The notes: generated from the sequence alone by a model not told the origin. Shown: positions 28,178 through 38,058, counted from the stretch's first letter. The stretch is DNA of 64,000 bases from Candidatus Hydrogenedentota bacterium (GCA_034669905.1 JAXMOL010000015.1:64001-128000); one strand, 5' to 3'. A program made the numbers and translations.

Positions 28178-28347
28178 AACATTTTTACCCACAACTACGG
28201 GACACACACGGCAGGGACAGGGTTAATCGCCCAATTATGCCACAGCGGCTGGGGACATTAATACTCCGGCGCGTCCAATGGTTGCCTGGCGGGCCTGTTT
28301 GGGGGGTGTTGGGACGGGTGGAGCGCGCTGTCATCCCACGCCACATT

Positions 28348-28407
28348 TAAACGCGTTCACTTTTTATTGACAAACCTACCCCCTTGCTGATACTTTGAAC
28401 ATGTTCA
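28348..28407 (+). promoter_or_regulatory. sigma70-like promoter flanked by two related palindromic operators
   Basis: TTGACA (28367-72)...GATACT; perfect palindrome TGAACATGTTCA (28396-28407) and related TAAACGCGTTCA (28348-28359). Confidence 0.55.
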
Positions 28408-28434
28408 GTTAAACAACCTGCGGAGAGTCGTTTC

Positions 28435-29398
28435 ATGAAATCTTCTACCGGGTGGCGCATCGCCTACACCGTCTTTATCAGCGGCCTCATCATTTACGTT
28501 ATCGGTCTGTATGCCACAGAATTTCAACGCCATTACGGCTACACCCTCTTTGTGGCACTTCCCACGGTAAGTGGTTTCCTTCTCATCATGGTCATCACAA
28601 CGTACAAGAAGTTTTCATTTCTGTCCTCCTTCGCACTGAGTACCGTCCCGGTCATGGGCGCGGGCATCTTTTTCCTGGCAACGGGGGTAGAGGGCTTCAT
28701 TTGCCTGGCCATGGCCATGATACCCATGCTTATCCTCGCGATGCTGGGTGGGCTGGTGGCAATCGCTGCCGACTGTTTGGTCCGAAGGGCTGAGCGCAAG
28801 AAGGAAACCCGATTGCTGAGTACCGCAATCCCTACCGTATTGCTGCTCGTGGGGATGCAACTGGAACCCCACGTCATCCCCACCGCACCGACCCGAATGG
28901 TTCAGACCAACGTGGCCATCACCGGGAGCGCGGAAGACGTCTGGAAACAGGTGACCGCCTTTCCACCGATTACGCAGGAACCCCGCGGCCTGTTTGCGAC
29001 TGGCATTGCATACCCTCTCTCGGCGCATAGAGGGTACTGGCGTGGGTGCCGTGCGGTACTGCACCTTCAGTACCGGGGATTTTGTAGAACCCATCACCGT
29101 CTGGGAGCCCCCCCGGCACCTTGCCTTTGACGTTTCGGAAACCCCCCTGCCCATGCGGGAATGGTCCTTTTATGGCGCCATCGACACGCCCCACCTCCAC
29201 GGATTCATGGTCTCGGAGCGAGGAGAATTTCGCATCGTTACCGACGGAGAGAACCGGGTGCTCCTTACAGGAACCACCTGGTATCACCATGAATTATGGC
29301 CTAATTTTTACTGGGGCTGGCTTTCGGACCATATTATTCATCAGGTGCATCGACGGGTCTTGGATCACATCAAAGACGTCGTGGAATCGCAACGATAG
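28435..29398 (+). pseudogene. Membrane protein with a C-terminal SRPBCC-like domain, frameshifted near 29022-29027
   Basis: Frame 1 reads ...GIAYPLSA and frame 2 continues RIEGTGVGAVRYCTFSTGDFVEPITVWEPP. Adding 2 nt (CG) to TCGGCGCATAGAG restores S-A-R-I-E-G. Confidence 0.75.
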
Positions 29399-29893
29399 GT
29401 GTGCATCACCTGATGGGACCGTTCCGATCTGGGTGCTTTTCCGGGGAACCAGTGTCCCTGCGCCGATCGATGCCAGCGGGCCGCTGGCACACCTCAAAAA
29501 AGAAAGGCTTATGGGCAATTGGTGCGTACCAACCGAACTCCCCTCCGCACAGACGAACTAAACCCACCCATCGTGCCGCGCGATCCGGTATTCCCGGTTC
29601 GTGCGCGGGTCGGGAGATACCATTAGGTCACTCGATGGCGGTCCCGGACCAAGGACAATGCGCTATTTTCCCCATGACATCTTGAAGTCTTCCCACAACG
29701 GCCTCGCCCCCAATGACGTTCCACAGCCACTTCGCACGAACTGGAGTACCAGATCGCGCGGCACGTCCAGGGGCTTGTGGTTCTATCTGCAAAAATGTGT
29801 GGCGACATGTTTCACAAAAAAACTTTGCAACAAGCGCTTAGCTCCCGCACTTGTACATTGGAATAAACCCTCCCCACTTATTGCCCATGAACC

Positions 29894-29936
29894 AAAAGAA
29901 AACGGTGTGTTTTCACTGTTGTGAAAACACACCGTT
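29894..29936 (-). terminator. Intrinsic terminator of tpiA-secG
   Basis: Perfect 16-bp stem AACGGTGTGTTTTCAC/GTGAAAACACACCGTT with a 4-nt loop and a T-tract on the minus strand. Confidence 0.85.
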
Positions 29937-29959
29937 GAGATGGAATTGATTAAGGCGAC

Positions 29960-30613
29960 CTATTGGGCGGCGGGCGTCTCGGCGGGCGCTTCGGGAGCAG
30001 CCGGTGCTTCCGCAGCAGGCGCTTCGGGCGCTGCAGCAGGGGCTGGCTCTGCCGGTGCCTCTGCAGCGGGCGCTTCCGGCGTCGCGGCAGGTGCGGGCTC
30101 AGCAGGTGCTTCTGCAGCAGGCGCGGATTCCGGCATGGGGGTTTCTACGCTCACTTCGGCTGCTGCCGTGGGGGCTGCTTCCGCGGGGGCTTCTTCCGTC
30201 GCGGCGGGCGCTTCGGTCGACTCGGCTGGAGCCGCGGCGGGCGCTTCGCTCCCCTCATTGAAGAGGGCACCCAGGCTACCGGCCGGTGCACCCGAATCGG
30301 TCGCACTCATGCCCGCATCGTCTACCAGTTCGGGCGCCGCATTGTTTCCGAGGTTACCCGAAAGCATGGACATGAGCAGGGAAAGCAACATGAAGAGTCC
30401 GGCCATGCTGTAGGTAATGCGCTGGGGCAAGCTCTTGGAGGAGCGGGGTCCGAAAACCGCATCGCTACCGCCACCGGCACCAAAGGCACCGGCGAATCCA
30501 ACGCCCTTACCCTTTTGCAGGAGCACGATGACGACCAGACCCAGGCAGCTCGGCACGTAAATAAAAAGCAAGATCCACCACAGGGTGTTCACGCTGAAAA
30601 TCATGTCCATCAT
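29960..30613 (-). CDS. secG: Preprotein translocase subunit SecG with a long Ala/Pro/Glu-rich tail
   Basis: VIVLLQKGKGVGFAGAFGAGGGSDAVFG...QRITYSMAGLFM; follows tpiA; ATG 30613 with AGAGGA RBS. Confidence 0.92.
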   Translation of the reverse strand: MMDMIFSVNTLWWILLFIYVPSCLGLVVIVLLQKGKGVGFAGAFGAGGGSDAVFGPRSSKSLPQRITYSMAGLFMLLSLLMSMLSGNLGNNAAPELVDDAGMSATDSGAPAGSLGALFNEGSEAPAAAPAESTEAPAATEEAPAEAAPTAAAEVSVETPMPESAPAAEAPAEPAPAATPEAPAAEAPAEPAPAAAPEAPAAEAPAAPEAPAETPAAQ

Positions 30614-30760
30614 GGCAGAAAAAATCCTCTTAGTGCCTGGTTGACGACTAACGACCCAACCCGACGTTTCGGGCATTGGCTTGTCCGCCGCCCTGACTCA
30701 TCACAACAATGTTTATGGAAGGACTCCCCTCTACGAAGAAGGAACGCCCGGAATTACGTA

Positions 30761-31534
30761 TCAGCCGTGGGCACTGACGGCATTGACGATAGCGGCAAAG
30801 CTATCGGCCTGCAGCGCAGCACCACCCACGAGGAACCCATCCACGTTGGGCTGGGAAATCAACTCGGCAGCATTGTCCGGCTTGGCGCTGCCACCATACT
30901 GGATGCGAAGTCCGTCGGCGACTGCGTCGCCAAACTGGTCGCGCACCAGTCCGCGGACGAAAAGGTGGGCCGATTCGGCCTGTTCGGGCGATGCCGTGAC
31001 GCCGGTGCCGATGGCCCATACCGGCTCATAGGCGATGGCCACGTTGGCGAACTGGTCTGCCGTAAGGCCTTTGAGGCCTTCGGTGACCTGGCGGGTGAGG
31101 ACGTCGTCCATCTTACCACCTTCACGCTCTTCGAGGGTCTCGCCGATGCAGAACATAACCTTAAGTCCTGCGGACAGGGCGAAATGGAGTTTTTCGTTCA
31201 GAAAGGCGTCGCTCTCGGTGAAGTATTCCCGGCGTTCGCTGTGTCCGAGGATAACCCACGTGCAGCCCGTGTCTTTAATCAACTGGGGGCTGACTTCGCC
31301 GGTGAAGGCGCCACTTTCCTTGGTGTAGGCATTCTGGGCGCCCACTTCCACGTTGCTGCCGGCCGCGGCCTGGGCCGCACCGTGGAGCGCTGTGTAAACC
31401 GGGCAAACCACCACATCGACGTTACTTACGCCACTCACGAGGGGTTTCAACGCGTTGACGGTTTCCACCGCTTCGCTGACCGTCTTGTTCAATTTCCAAT
31501 TGCCCGCAACAAGGGGCTTTCTTGCCGTAGCCAT
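30761..31534 (-). CDS. tpiA: Triosephosphate isomerase
   Basis: VAGNWKLN, GAFTGEVS, GHSERR, AYEPVWAIGTG, QYGGSAKP and DGFLVGGA. Confidence 0.98.
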   Translation of the reverse strand: MATARKPLVAGNWKLNKTVSEAVETVNALKPLVSGVSNVDVVVCPVYTALHGAAQAAAGSNVEVGAQNAYTKESGAFTGEVSPQLIKDTGCTWVILGHSERREYFTESDAFLNEKLHFALSAGLKVMFCIGETLEEREGGKMDDVLTRQVTEGLKGLTADQFANVAIAYEPVWAIGTGVTASPEQAESAHLFVRGLVRDQFGDAVADGLRIQYGGSAKPDNAAELISQPNVDGFLVGGAALQADSFAAIVNAVSAHG

Positions 31535-31948
31535 AATGCACCATCCATCGGCTATCCCAAGCGCTTCGGGCGGAAAAACAAGCAATCCAGCCGGAACGAC
31601 GTTTGCAGATAGCAATTATCGGGACCGCAAACCCCAAGGGTGGGTCCCGTGAAATTTCGGGGTAAACGAAGGTATCACAAGAATTACAATCGCGGCAGGA
31701 TAGCACAGGAAGGACACAAGGCGCAAAAAAGAAACGGGCTGTAAAACCTTGTGATCAGTCCACCGACGTGCTATAAATCAGGGGCAGGACGTAGGGCTTC
31801 CAGGGGCATATCGGTAGGCTGACCGAGGGTCCCGGGCACGTGCGGCGCATGTTGTAATGGCCCTGCGAAACGGTTGACAGGCACCGCGCCTTTTACACAA
31901 CGGGCGGGGTGCATCCCAACGAAGCGCCATTCCCCGCGCAGGAGACGG

Positions 31949-33709
31949 ATGCCCATGAGCACGACCTCGATCGCTCCCGAGACCCAGGAAACCGACCCCC
32001 AGATAGACCTTGAGGCAGAACGGCAACGACGCTATGCCGAAGCGGGTATCGTCGACGAGAAACCCAAACATTTCAAACGCCCGGAAGAGCGTGTCTTCAC
32101 CCGCCAGGATCGGGAGAATACCACTATCCTCTTTGGTGGCTTGACCTTACGACATGAGCGCCTCCTTCGCTCGGCCTTTAAATCCCTGGGCTATAACCTC
32201 TCGCTGGTACCCACGCCGGTCAAGGCCGATTTCCAGGCCGGCAAGGAATACGGCAACAATGGCCAGTGCAACCCGACTTATTTTACCGTGGGTTCCCTGG
32301 TCAATTACCTGAAAGATCTGCGGGACAACCAGGGGCTTTCTACCGAGGAAATTCTCCGGGATTACACCTACATCACGGCAGGTTCCTGCGGACCGTGCCG
32401 CTTTGGCATGTATGAGGCCGAGTATCGCCTCGCCCTTCGCAACAGTGGTTTCGATGGCTTCCGGGTCATGCTGTTCCAGCAGACCGGCGGTTTGGAACAA
32501 TCCGGAGAAGATTCCGGGTTGGACCTGAACGTCGATTTTGCCCTGCGCCTCCTGAACGCCATCATGATGGGCGACCTCCTCAACGAGGTAGCCTACCAAC
32601 TCCGCCCCTACGAAAAGACGCCCGGCATGGTCAACGACGCCTTTGAAAAGGCCATGACCCACCTTTGCACCGAGCTGGAGGGGGCCGCCGATAAGGTAGG
32701 CACCGCACCCGGCTGGTGGAAGTGGCTGCCTGCGTCCCTCCGCGACAAGGACGGGGCCAAGATTCTCCAGCAGGCCTGGGAGCCCTTTTTCGTCAACCTC
32801 ATGGGCGAAACGCAGCAGATCCTCCTGGACAACGTGGAAGTAGACTTTACCCGTCCCAAGCCTATCTGCAAGGTCACGGGCGAATTCTGGGCCCAGACCA
32901 CGGAAGGCGATGGCAATTTCCACATGTTCGAGTTTCTGGAGTCCCAGGGCTCGGAGGTACTTGTGGAAACCATCACGACGTGGGTGAATTATCTCATCAA
33001 CCAGGCCCGCAGCAAGATAGTCGATTCCAAAGGACTCGATTACCCCAACGGTTTCCTGGGCAAACTGCGGGGTGGCGTGGCCTACCGCATTAAACTCGCC
33101 CGCATCGAAATTGCCCGCCGCTTCCTGCTCCGGGAATATGACCGTCTCCGCAAGGCCTTGGGCGACACGGCCCACGCCCAGGTGTGTCAATTGGAATTGC
33201 AGCGTATGGGCCACCCCTACTACAACAGCAAGTCTGCCGGGGGCGAAGGCCACCTCGAAGTAGCCAAGAATATTTACTACGCCAACAAGAGCCTGGCCCA
33301 CATGGTCATGAGCCTCAAACCCTTCGGCTGCATGCCTTCCGCCCAGTCCGACGGTGCCCAGGCCGCGGTGACATCCCACTTCGAAGACATGATCTACATC
33401 CCCATTGAGACCTCCGGGGAAGGGGATGTCAACGCCCACAGCCGGGCCCAGATGGCCCTGGGCGAAGCCAAGCTCAAGTGCAAACAGGAAATCCAGCGTT
33501 GCACGAAACGCAGTGGCTACACGCTGGAGCAGATTCGCGCCTATGTGGACGCCCACCCCGAACTACAAGAGCCGCTCCAGAAACTCCCCCACTACGACGG
33601 CGTGGTTGGTCGCGCGGCGAATTTCGTCCTCTATGTCGGGGGATTGATGGACCAGGACACTGACTGGGCCGCGAACAACGAGACGGCGAAACAGCGCGAG
33701 GCGGTCTAA
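31949..33709 (+). CDS. 2-hydroxyacyl-CoA dehydratase-like Fe-S subunit (partner of the CoA-activase)
   Basis: GKEYGNNGQCNPTYFTVG, SCGPCRFGMYE, GEGHLE, KPFGCMPS and IPIETSGEG; co-oriented with the activase; RBS AGGAG before ATG 31949. Confidence 0.75.
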   Translation: MPMSTTSIAPETQETDPQIDLEAERQRRYAEAGIVDEKPKHFKRPEERVFTRQDRENTTILFGGLTLRHERLLRSAFKSLGYNLSLVPTPVKADFQAGKEYGNNGQCNPTYFTVGSLVNYLKDLRDNQGLSTEEILRDYTYITAGSCGPCRFGMYEAEYRLALRNSGFDGFRVMLFQQTGGLEQSGEDSGLDLNVDFALRLLNAIMMGDLLNEVAYQLRPYEKTPGMVNDAFEKAMTHLCTELEGAADKVGTAPGWWKWLPASLRDKDGAKILQQAWEPFFVNLMGETQQILLDNVEVDFTRPKPICKVTGEFWAQTTEGDGNFHMFEFLESQGSEVLVETITTWVNYLINQARSKIVDSKGLDYPNGFLGKLRGGVAYRIKLARIEIARRFLLREYDRLRKALGDTAHAQVCQLELQRMGHPYYNSKSAGGEGHLEVAKNIYYANKSLAHMVMSLKPFGCMPSAQSDGAQAAVTSHFEDMIYIPIETSGEGDVNAHSRAQMALGEAKLKCKQEIQRCTKRSGYTLEQIRAYVDAHPELQEPLQKLPHYDGVVGRAANFVLYVGGLMDQDTDWAANNETAKQREAV

Positions 33710-33905
33710 CCGGAATGCCCAATCAAGAACTTCAGCAACTGCAGGGACAACAGGCCCCTACGGAGGCGGTGAAACATTGATTGGGGGTGCTTCGGGTCCC
33801 TCTTGTCGCGCGCGGCCCTGCTGTCGCTGAATGGAATTAAGTGGGTAGCGCCATTTCACTCCCATTCCAGTAAACCTGGAATTGAGTTATAAGGAGAAAG
33901 TTCAC

Positions 33906-36900
33906 ATGGGTTGTTGCAGCACATCATCCTCTTCCAGTTCGGGCAGTTGCAGTACGGGCAGTTGCGGCACTTCCGCCACCCCCGCTCCGGCAGAAGAAAA
34001 AACAAGCTCGTGCTCTTCCGGCGGCAATTGCGGGTGCGCCACGAAAATCGTCCCGTTGCCCCCTGCCCGTCCACCGGCGCGGGAGACCCTGACCTTTCTA
34101 CCGACGGAGACCTATCCTCAGGGCCTGATGATGGGCCTGGACGTGGGCAGCACGACGGTGAAGGCCGTGGTCGTAGACCCGGTGACCGACGAGATTCTCT
34201 GGAAAGATTACCAGCGCCACGAAACGAAGCAGCCCGAGAAGTGTCTGGAACTGTTGGGCGAAGTGCAGGCCGCCTTCCCCGGACTGGCCCCCAACAGCCT
34301 CCGCGTCTTTATCACGGGCTCCGGGGGATCGGCGGTGGGCCGACATATCGGTGCCCGCTTCGTCCAGGAAGTTAACGCCGTTTCCCTGGCCGTGGAAAAG
34401 CTCTATCCCGACGTGATGAGTGTCATCGAACTGGGCGGACAGGACGCGAAGATCATCGTCTTCAAAGAAATTGAAGGCTCGGATTCGAAGAAAAAGATTC
34501 CCTCGATGAACGACAAGTGTGCGGGGGGCACCGGGGCGGTCATCGACAAAATTAACGCCAAACTGCGCATCCCCCCGGAGCAACTGAGCCAGATGGGCTA
34601 CGTGGGCCACAAGCTCCACCCGGTCGCCGGTAAATGCGGCGTGTTTGCCGAGACCGACATCAACGGCCTGCAGAAGCAAGGCGTTCCCCGGGAAGAGCTG
34701 ATGGCCTCCCTGTTTGAGTCCATCATCCAACAAAACATGTCGGTGCTCACGCGGGGTCACACCCTCCTGCCCAACGTGCTCCTCCTGGGCGGCCCCAATT
34801 GCTACGTCAAGGGCATGCAGGAATGCTGGCGACACAGCATCCCCCTCATGTGGAAAGAGCGCAACGTGGAGGTCCCCGACCGCCCCCTCGATGAACTGAT
34901 TAAGGTACCGGACAACGCCCAGTATTTTGCGGCGATTGGTGCCGTGGAGTTTGGCAAGACCGAAGTCGAAGACGACAACACCATGGGCGTCTACCAGGGC
35001 ACGGAGCAATTGCAGTGGTACCTCGACGTGGGCCGTATCGAGGAAAAGAAGGCGGCGGGCAGCACCGGGCTGGTTAAGACGGAAGAAGAGCTGGCCACCT
35101 TCTATGACCGCTACACGGTGGAATCCTGGGAACCCATGCACTTTGAGCCCGGCACGGTGGTGGAAGGCTACATCGGCATCGATGGGGGCTCGACCAGCAC
35201 CAAGGCGGTGCTCGTGGATCACCACAAGAATATCGTCGACAAGGTATACCAGCTTTCCAAGGGCAACCCCATCGAAGACACCATGGAAGTGCTCAGCGAT
35301 CTGGAGGCCAAGTTTGCGGCCCAGGGCTGCACCCTGAAGATTCTCGGGGTCGGCACCACCGGCTATGCAAAAGATGTCTTGAAAGACGTCTTGGGCGCCG
35401 ATGTGGCCCTCGTGGAGACGGTGGCCCATACCCAGAGTGGCCTCCACTTTTACCCCGACGCCGATGTGATCTGCGACGTGGGCGGCCAGGACATCAAGGT
35501 CATTATCCTGCGGAACGGCGCGGTCAAAGACTTCAAGCTGAATACCCAGTGCTCCGCCGGCAATGGCTATTTTCTCCAATCCACGGCCCAGGATTTTGGC
35601 GTGGATGTGAAAGAATACGCCGACGTGGCCTTCAAGGCGGAGGCCATGCCCGAGTTCGGCTATGGCTGTGCCGTGTTCATGCAATCGGACATCGTCGATT
35701 TTCAGCGGCAGGGCTGGCAGGCCTCCGAGATCATGGCCGGTCTCGCCGATGTGTTGCCGAAAAACATCTGGCTCTACGTATCGCAGATCCCCAACCTGCC
35801 CAAGCTCGGCAGCACCTTCGTGCTCCAGGGGGGCACGCAAAACAACATGGCCGCCGTGAAGACCCAGGCCGACTTCATCACCAGCCGTTTTCACGGCACC
35901 GGCATCGAGCCCCGCGTCGTGGTACACAAACACTGTGGCGAATCGGGTGCCATCGGCGCGGCCTTTGAAGCCCACCGGCTCCACACGGAACAGGGACGGC
36001 AAAGCACCTTTATCGGCATGCCGGCCGTCCACACGATCCAGTACCGCACCACACGGGACGAAAACACCCGCTGCTACTTCTGTAAGAACCACTGCCTGCG
36101 CACCTTCATCGATGTGAAGTCCGATGCCTCCAAGCAGGCGGCGGCCATTTCGGTAGACCCCAGCACCCTGAAGCTCAACGACTCGACCGTGAGCCACACG
36201 CGCATGAAGCGGGGCGCCACGGAAGAAGAAAAGAAATCCCCCGACTTTGAATCCAAGGTACCGCTGGCGGAAGACGAGCAGCGCCTCATCATTGCCACCT
36301 GCGAAAAAGGCACGGTGGAAGACGTGGCCGATATGAAACAGATTAAGAAGGGCATGGACAGCATCAAGGAGCAATACCCCAATCTCGTGGAACGCTCGGC
36401 GACCAAGTCCTTCCACGCCGTGTCCGTCGAGTCGGTGGCCGACCCCCTGCCCGAAATTCGTTGGCACCACCGGGGCAAGAAGCGGGCCGCCCTGGAAGCG
36501 CGCCGGGCTATCATGGAGCAGCGCAGCAAGATTCGCATCGGCATGCCCAAGGTGCTCAACATGTACTCCCAGGCCCCCTTCTTCATGGCCTTCTTTCAGA
36601 GCGTCGGCATCCGCGACCGCAACCTGGTCTGGTCCGATTACACCAGCGAAGGACTCTACAAAGAAGGGGCCAAGCGGGGTAGCATTGACCCCTGCTTCCC
36701 GAGCAAGGTGGGCATCCCCCACGTACACAACCTGCTCTACCACAAGAACAAGCCCAAGCGCCCGCTGGATTACATCCTCTTCCCCATGGTGGATTCCTTC
36801 CCCACGTGGCTGGAGAATATCCTCGGCAGCCGGGCCTGCCCCACGGTAACGGCCACGCCCGAAGCGGTGCACGCCGCTTTCACCAAGGAAGGGGACCTCT

Positions 36901-37685
36901 TCAAGGAAAAAGGCGTGGTCTACAAGAAAACCTTCCTCAACATGGACGACGCGCCACTGTGCGCCCGTCAGATGTATGAAGACTGGGGCCCGGAACTCGG
37001 GCTCTCCGAAGAAGAAGCCACCCGGGCCACGGAAGTGGGCCTTAAGGCCCTCGCGGACTTTTACCAGGCCCGTCGCGATGAAGCACGGGAAATGCTGGAC
37101 ACCCTGGAACGGGAAAATCGTCTCGGCATCGTGTTGCTGGCGCGCCCCTACCACAACGACCCCGGCATCAACCACGAAATCATGGACGAGTTCCAGAAGC
37201 TGGGCTACCCGGTCTTCACGCAGGACAGCCTGCCCATCGACGACGACCTCATGGAACGGCTCTTCGGCGAAGAAGTGGCGGCGGGCGATATCCAGAGTCC
37301 CTTCGACATTAACGACGTCTGGAAGAACAGCTATTCGGAGAACACTTCCCGGAAAGTGTGGGCCGCCAAGTATGTGGCCCGTCACCCCAACCTGGTGGGC
37401 CTCGAGTTATCCAACTTCAAGTGCGGCCACGATGCACCCATCTACACGGTGGTGGAAGAGATCGTGGAGAATTCCGGCACGCCCTTCTTCTACTTCAAGG
37501 ACATCGACGAGAACAAGCCTTCGGGCGCCATTAAGATTCGCGTCGAGACCATTGGCTACTTCCTCAAGCGTTACCGCGAAGATATGATTTCGCGGGAACA
37601 GAAGCGTGCGGAGATTGATGCGGAACTGGCGGAGCTGGAAGAAGAACTCAGAAGACCCCGCATGGCGGCCGTGGTCGGCGTGTAG
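33906..37685 (+). CDS. CoA-substrate-specific enzyme activase: two BadF/BadG/BcrA/BcrD (ASKHA) ATPase domains plus a DUF2229-like C-terminal region
   Basis: GLDVGSTTVK / ELGGQDAK / MNDKCAGGTG / KCGVFAE and GIDGGSTSTK / DVGGQDIK / LNTQCSAGNG / GCAVFMQS; CYFCKNHC; DPCFPSK, RACP, RPYHNDPGINH, FKCGHD; RBS AAGGAG. Confidence 0.88.
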   Translation: MGCCSTSSSSSSGSCSTGSCGTSATPAPAEEKTSSCSSGGNCGCATKIVPLPPARPPARETLTFLPTETYPQGLMMGLDVGSTTVKAVVVDPVTDEILWKDYQRHETKQPEKCLELLGEVQAAFPGLAPNSLRVFITGSGGSAVGRHIGARFVQEVNAVSLAVEKLYPDVMSVIELGGQDAKIIVFKEIEGSDSKKKIPSMNDKCAGGTGAVIDKINAKLRIPPEQLSQMGYVGHKLHPVAGKCGVFAETDINGLQKQGVPREELMASLFESIIQQNMSVLTRGHTLLPNVLLLGGPNCYVKGMQECWRHSIPLMWKERNVEVPDRPLDELIKVPDNAQYFAAIGAVEFGKTEVEDDNTMGVYQGTEQLQWYLDVGRIEEKKAAGSTGLVKTEEELATFYDRYTVESWEPMHFEPGTVVEGYIGIDGGSTSTKAVLVDHHKNIVDKVYQLSKGNPIEDTMEVLSDLEAKFAAQGCTLKILGVGTTGYAKDVLKDVLGADVALVETVAHTQSGLHFYPDADVICDVGGQDIKVIILRNGAVKDFKLNTQCSAGNGYFLQSTAQDFGVDVKEYADVAFKAEAMPEFGYGCAVFMQSDIVDFQRQGWQASEIMAGLADVLPKNIWLYVSQIPNLPKLGSTFVLQGGTQNNMAAVKTQADFITSRFHGTGIEPRVVVHKHCGESGAIGAAFEAHRLHTEQGRQSTFIGMPAVHTIQYRTTRDENTRCYFCKNHCLRTFIDVKSDASKQAAAISVDPSTLKLNDSTVSHTRMKRGATEEEKKSPDFESKVPLAEDEQRLIIATCEKGTVEDVADMKQIKKGMDSIKEQYPNLVERSATKSFHAVSVESVADPLPEIRWHHRGKKRAALEARRAIMEQRSKIRIGMPKVLNMYSQAPFFMAFFQSVGIRDRNLVWSDYTSEGLYKEGAKRGSIDPCFPSKVGIPHVHNLLYHKNKPKRPLDYILFPMVDSFPTWLENILGSRACPTVTATPEAVHAAFTKEGDLFKEKGVVYKKTFLNMDDAPLCARQMYEDWGPELGLSEEEATRATEVGLKALADFYQARRDEAREMLDTLERENRLGIVLLARPYHNDPGINHEIMDEFQKLGYPVFTQDSLPIDDDLMERLFGEEVAAGDIQSPFDINDVWKNSYSENTSRKVWAAKYVARHPNLVGLELSNFKCGHDAPIYTVVEEIVENSGTPFFYFKDIDENKPSGAIKIRVETIGYFLKRYREDMISREQKRAEIDAELAELEEELRRPRMAAVVGV

Positions 37686-37718
37686 GGACTCAACTGCCGA
37701 GCCTTACAGGTTTTTTTC

Positions 37719-37768
37719 GTGCCACGCGATGCCGGGTACAACGAGGTTTCGTGTGCATGGAGGAAAGG
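37719..37768 (+). repeat. 50-bp dispersed intergenic repeat, copy 2
   Basis: GTGCCACGCGATGCCGGGTACAACGAGGTTTCGTGTGCATGGAGGAAAGG, 44/50 identical to the reverse complement of 18941..18990. Confidence 0.85.
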
Positions 37769-37959
37769 AGAAGGCCCCTCTGAAAGGAAGATAAGATGAG
37801 GGCGTCCGATTTCATAGGCACCAAAGACGCCCGAATCGAATCACCTGCCAAGGCACGAAGACCCATAGGGCTCTCCGCGCCAACTTCCGTATGCGCGGTG
37901 GCGTAAGCGCGCTTAATTGCCTTGCCGTCATACAGGCTTCGCGTGCTCCAACCATCACC

Positions 37960-38007
37960 GGGAGCAAGCTCCCTCAGAAAGAGCGGCAGCAAGCTGTCAC
38001 ACTCCAA
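37960..38007. repeat. REP-like tandem hairpins between convergent genes
   Basis: GGGAGCAAGCTCCC followed by GCGGCAGCAAGCTGTCACACTCCAA; both hairpins share an AGCAAGCT core. Confidence 0.5.
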
Positions 38008-38058
38008 AGGGGGCCCAGCGCACATCCACCGGCCAACTTCGTGCCGTCACGGGAATCC

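Noticed and set aside
31745..31785. FNR/Rex-like boxes upstream of the dehydratase-like operon
   Set aside because: Only partial half-site matches; not supportable.
33751..33770. CAGGCCCCTACGGAGGCGGT resembles SRP RNA helix 8
   Set aside because: It lacks the GNRA loop and is not at the apex of the surrounding rod, so it was not called as ffs.
34098..37385. 1095-aa minus-strand ORF (and similar long ORFs such as 46720-49464, 29963-31612 and 32147-33556)
   Set aside because: These are antisense shadows of well-supported genes in high-GC, codon-biased DNA, with no recognisable motifs.
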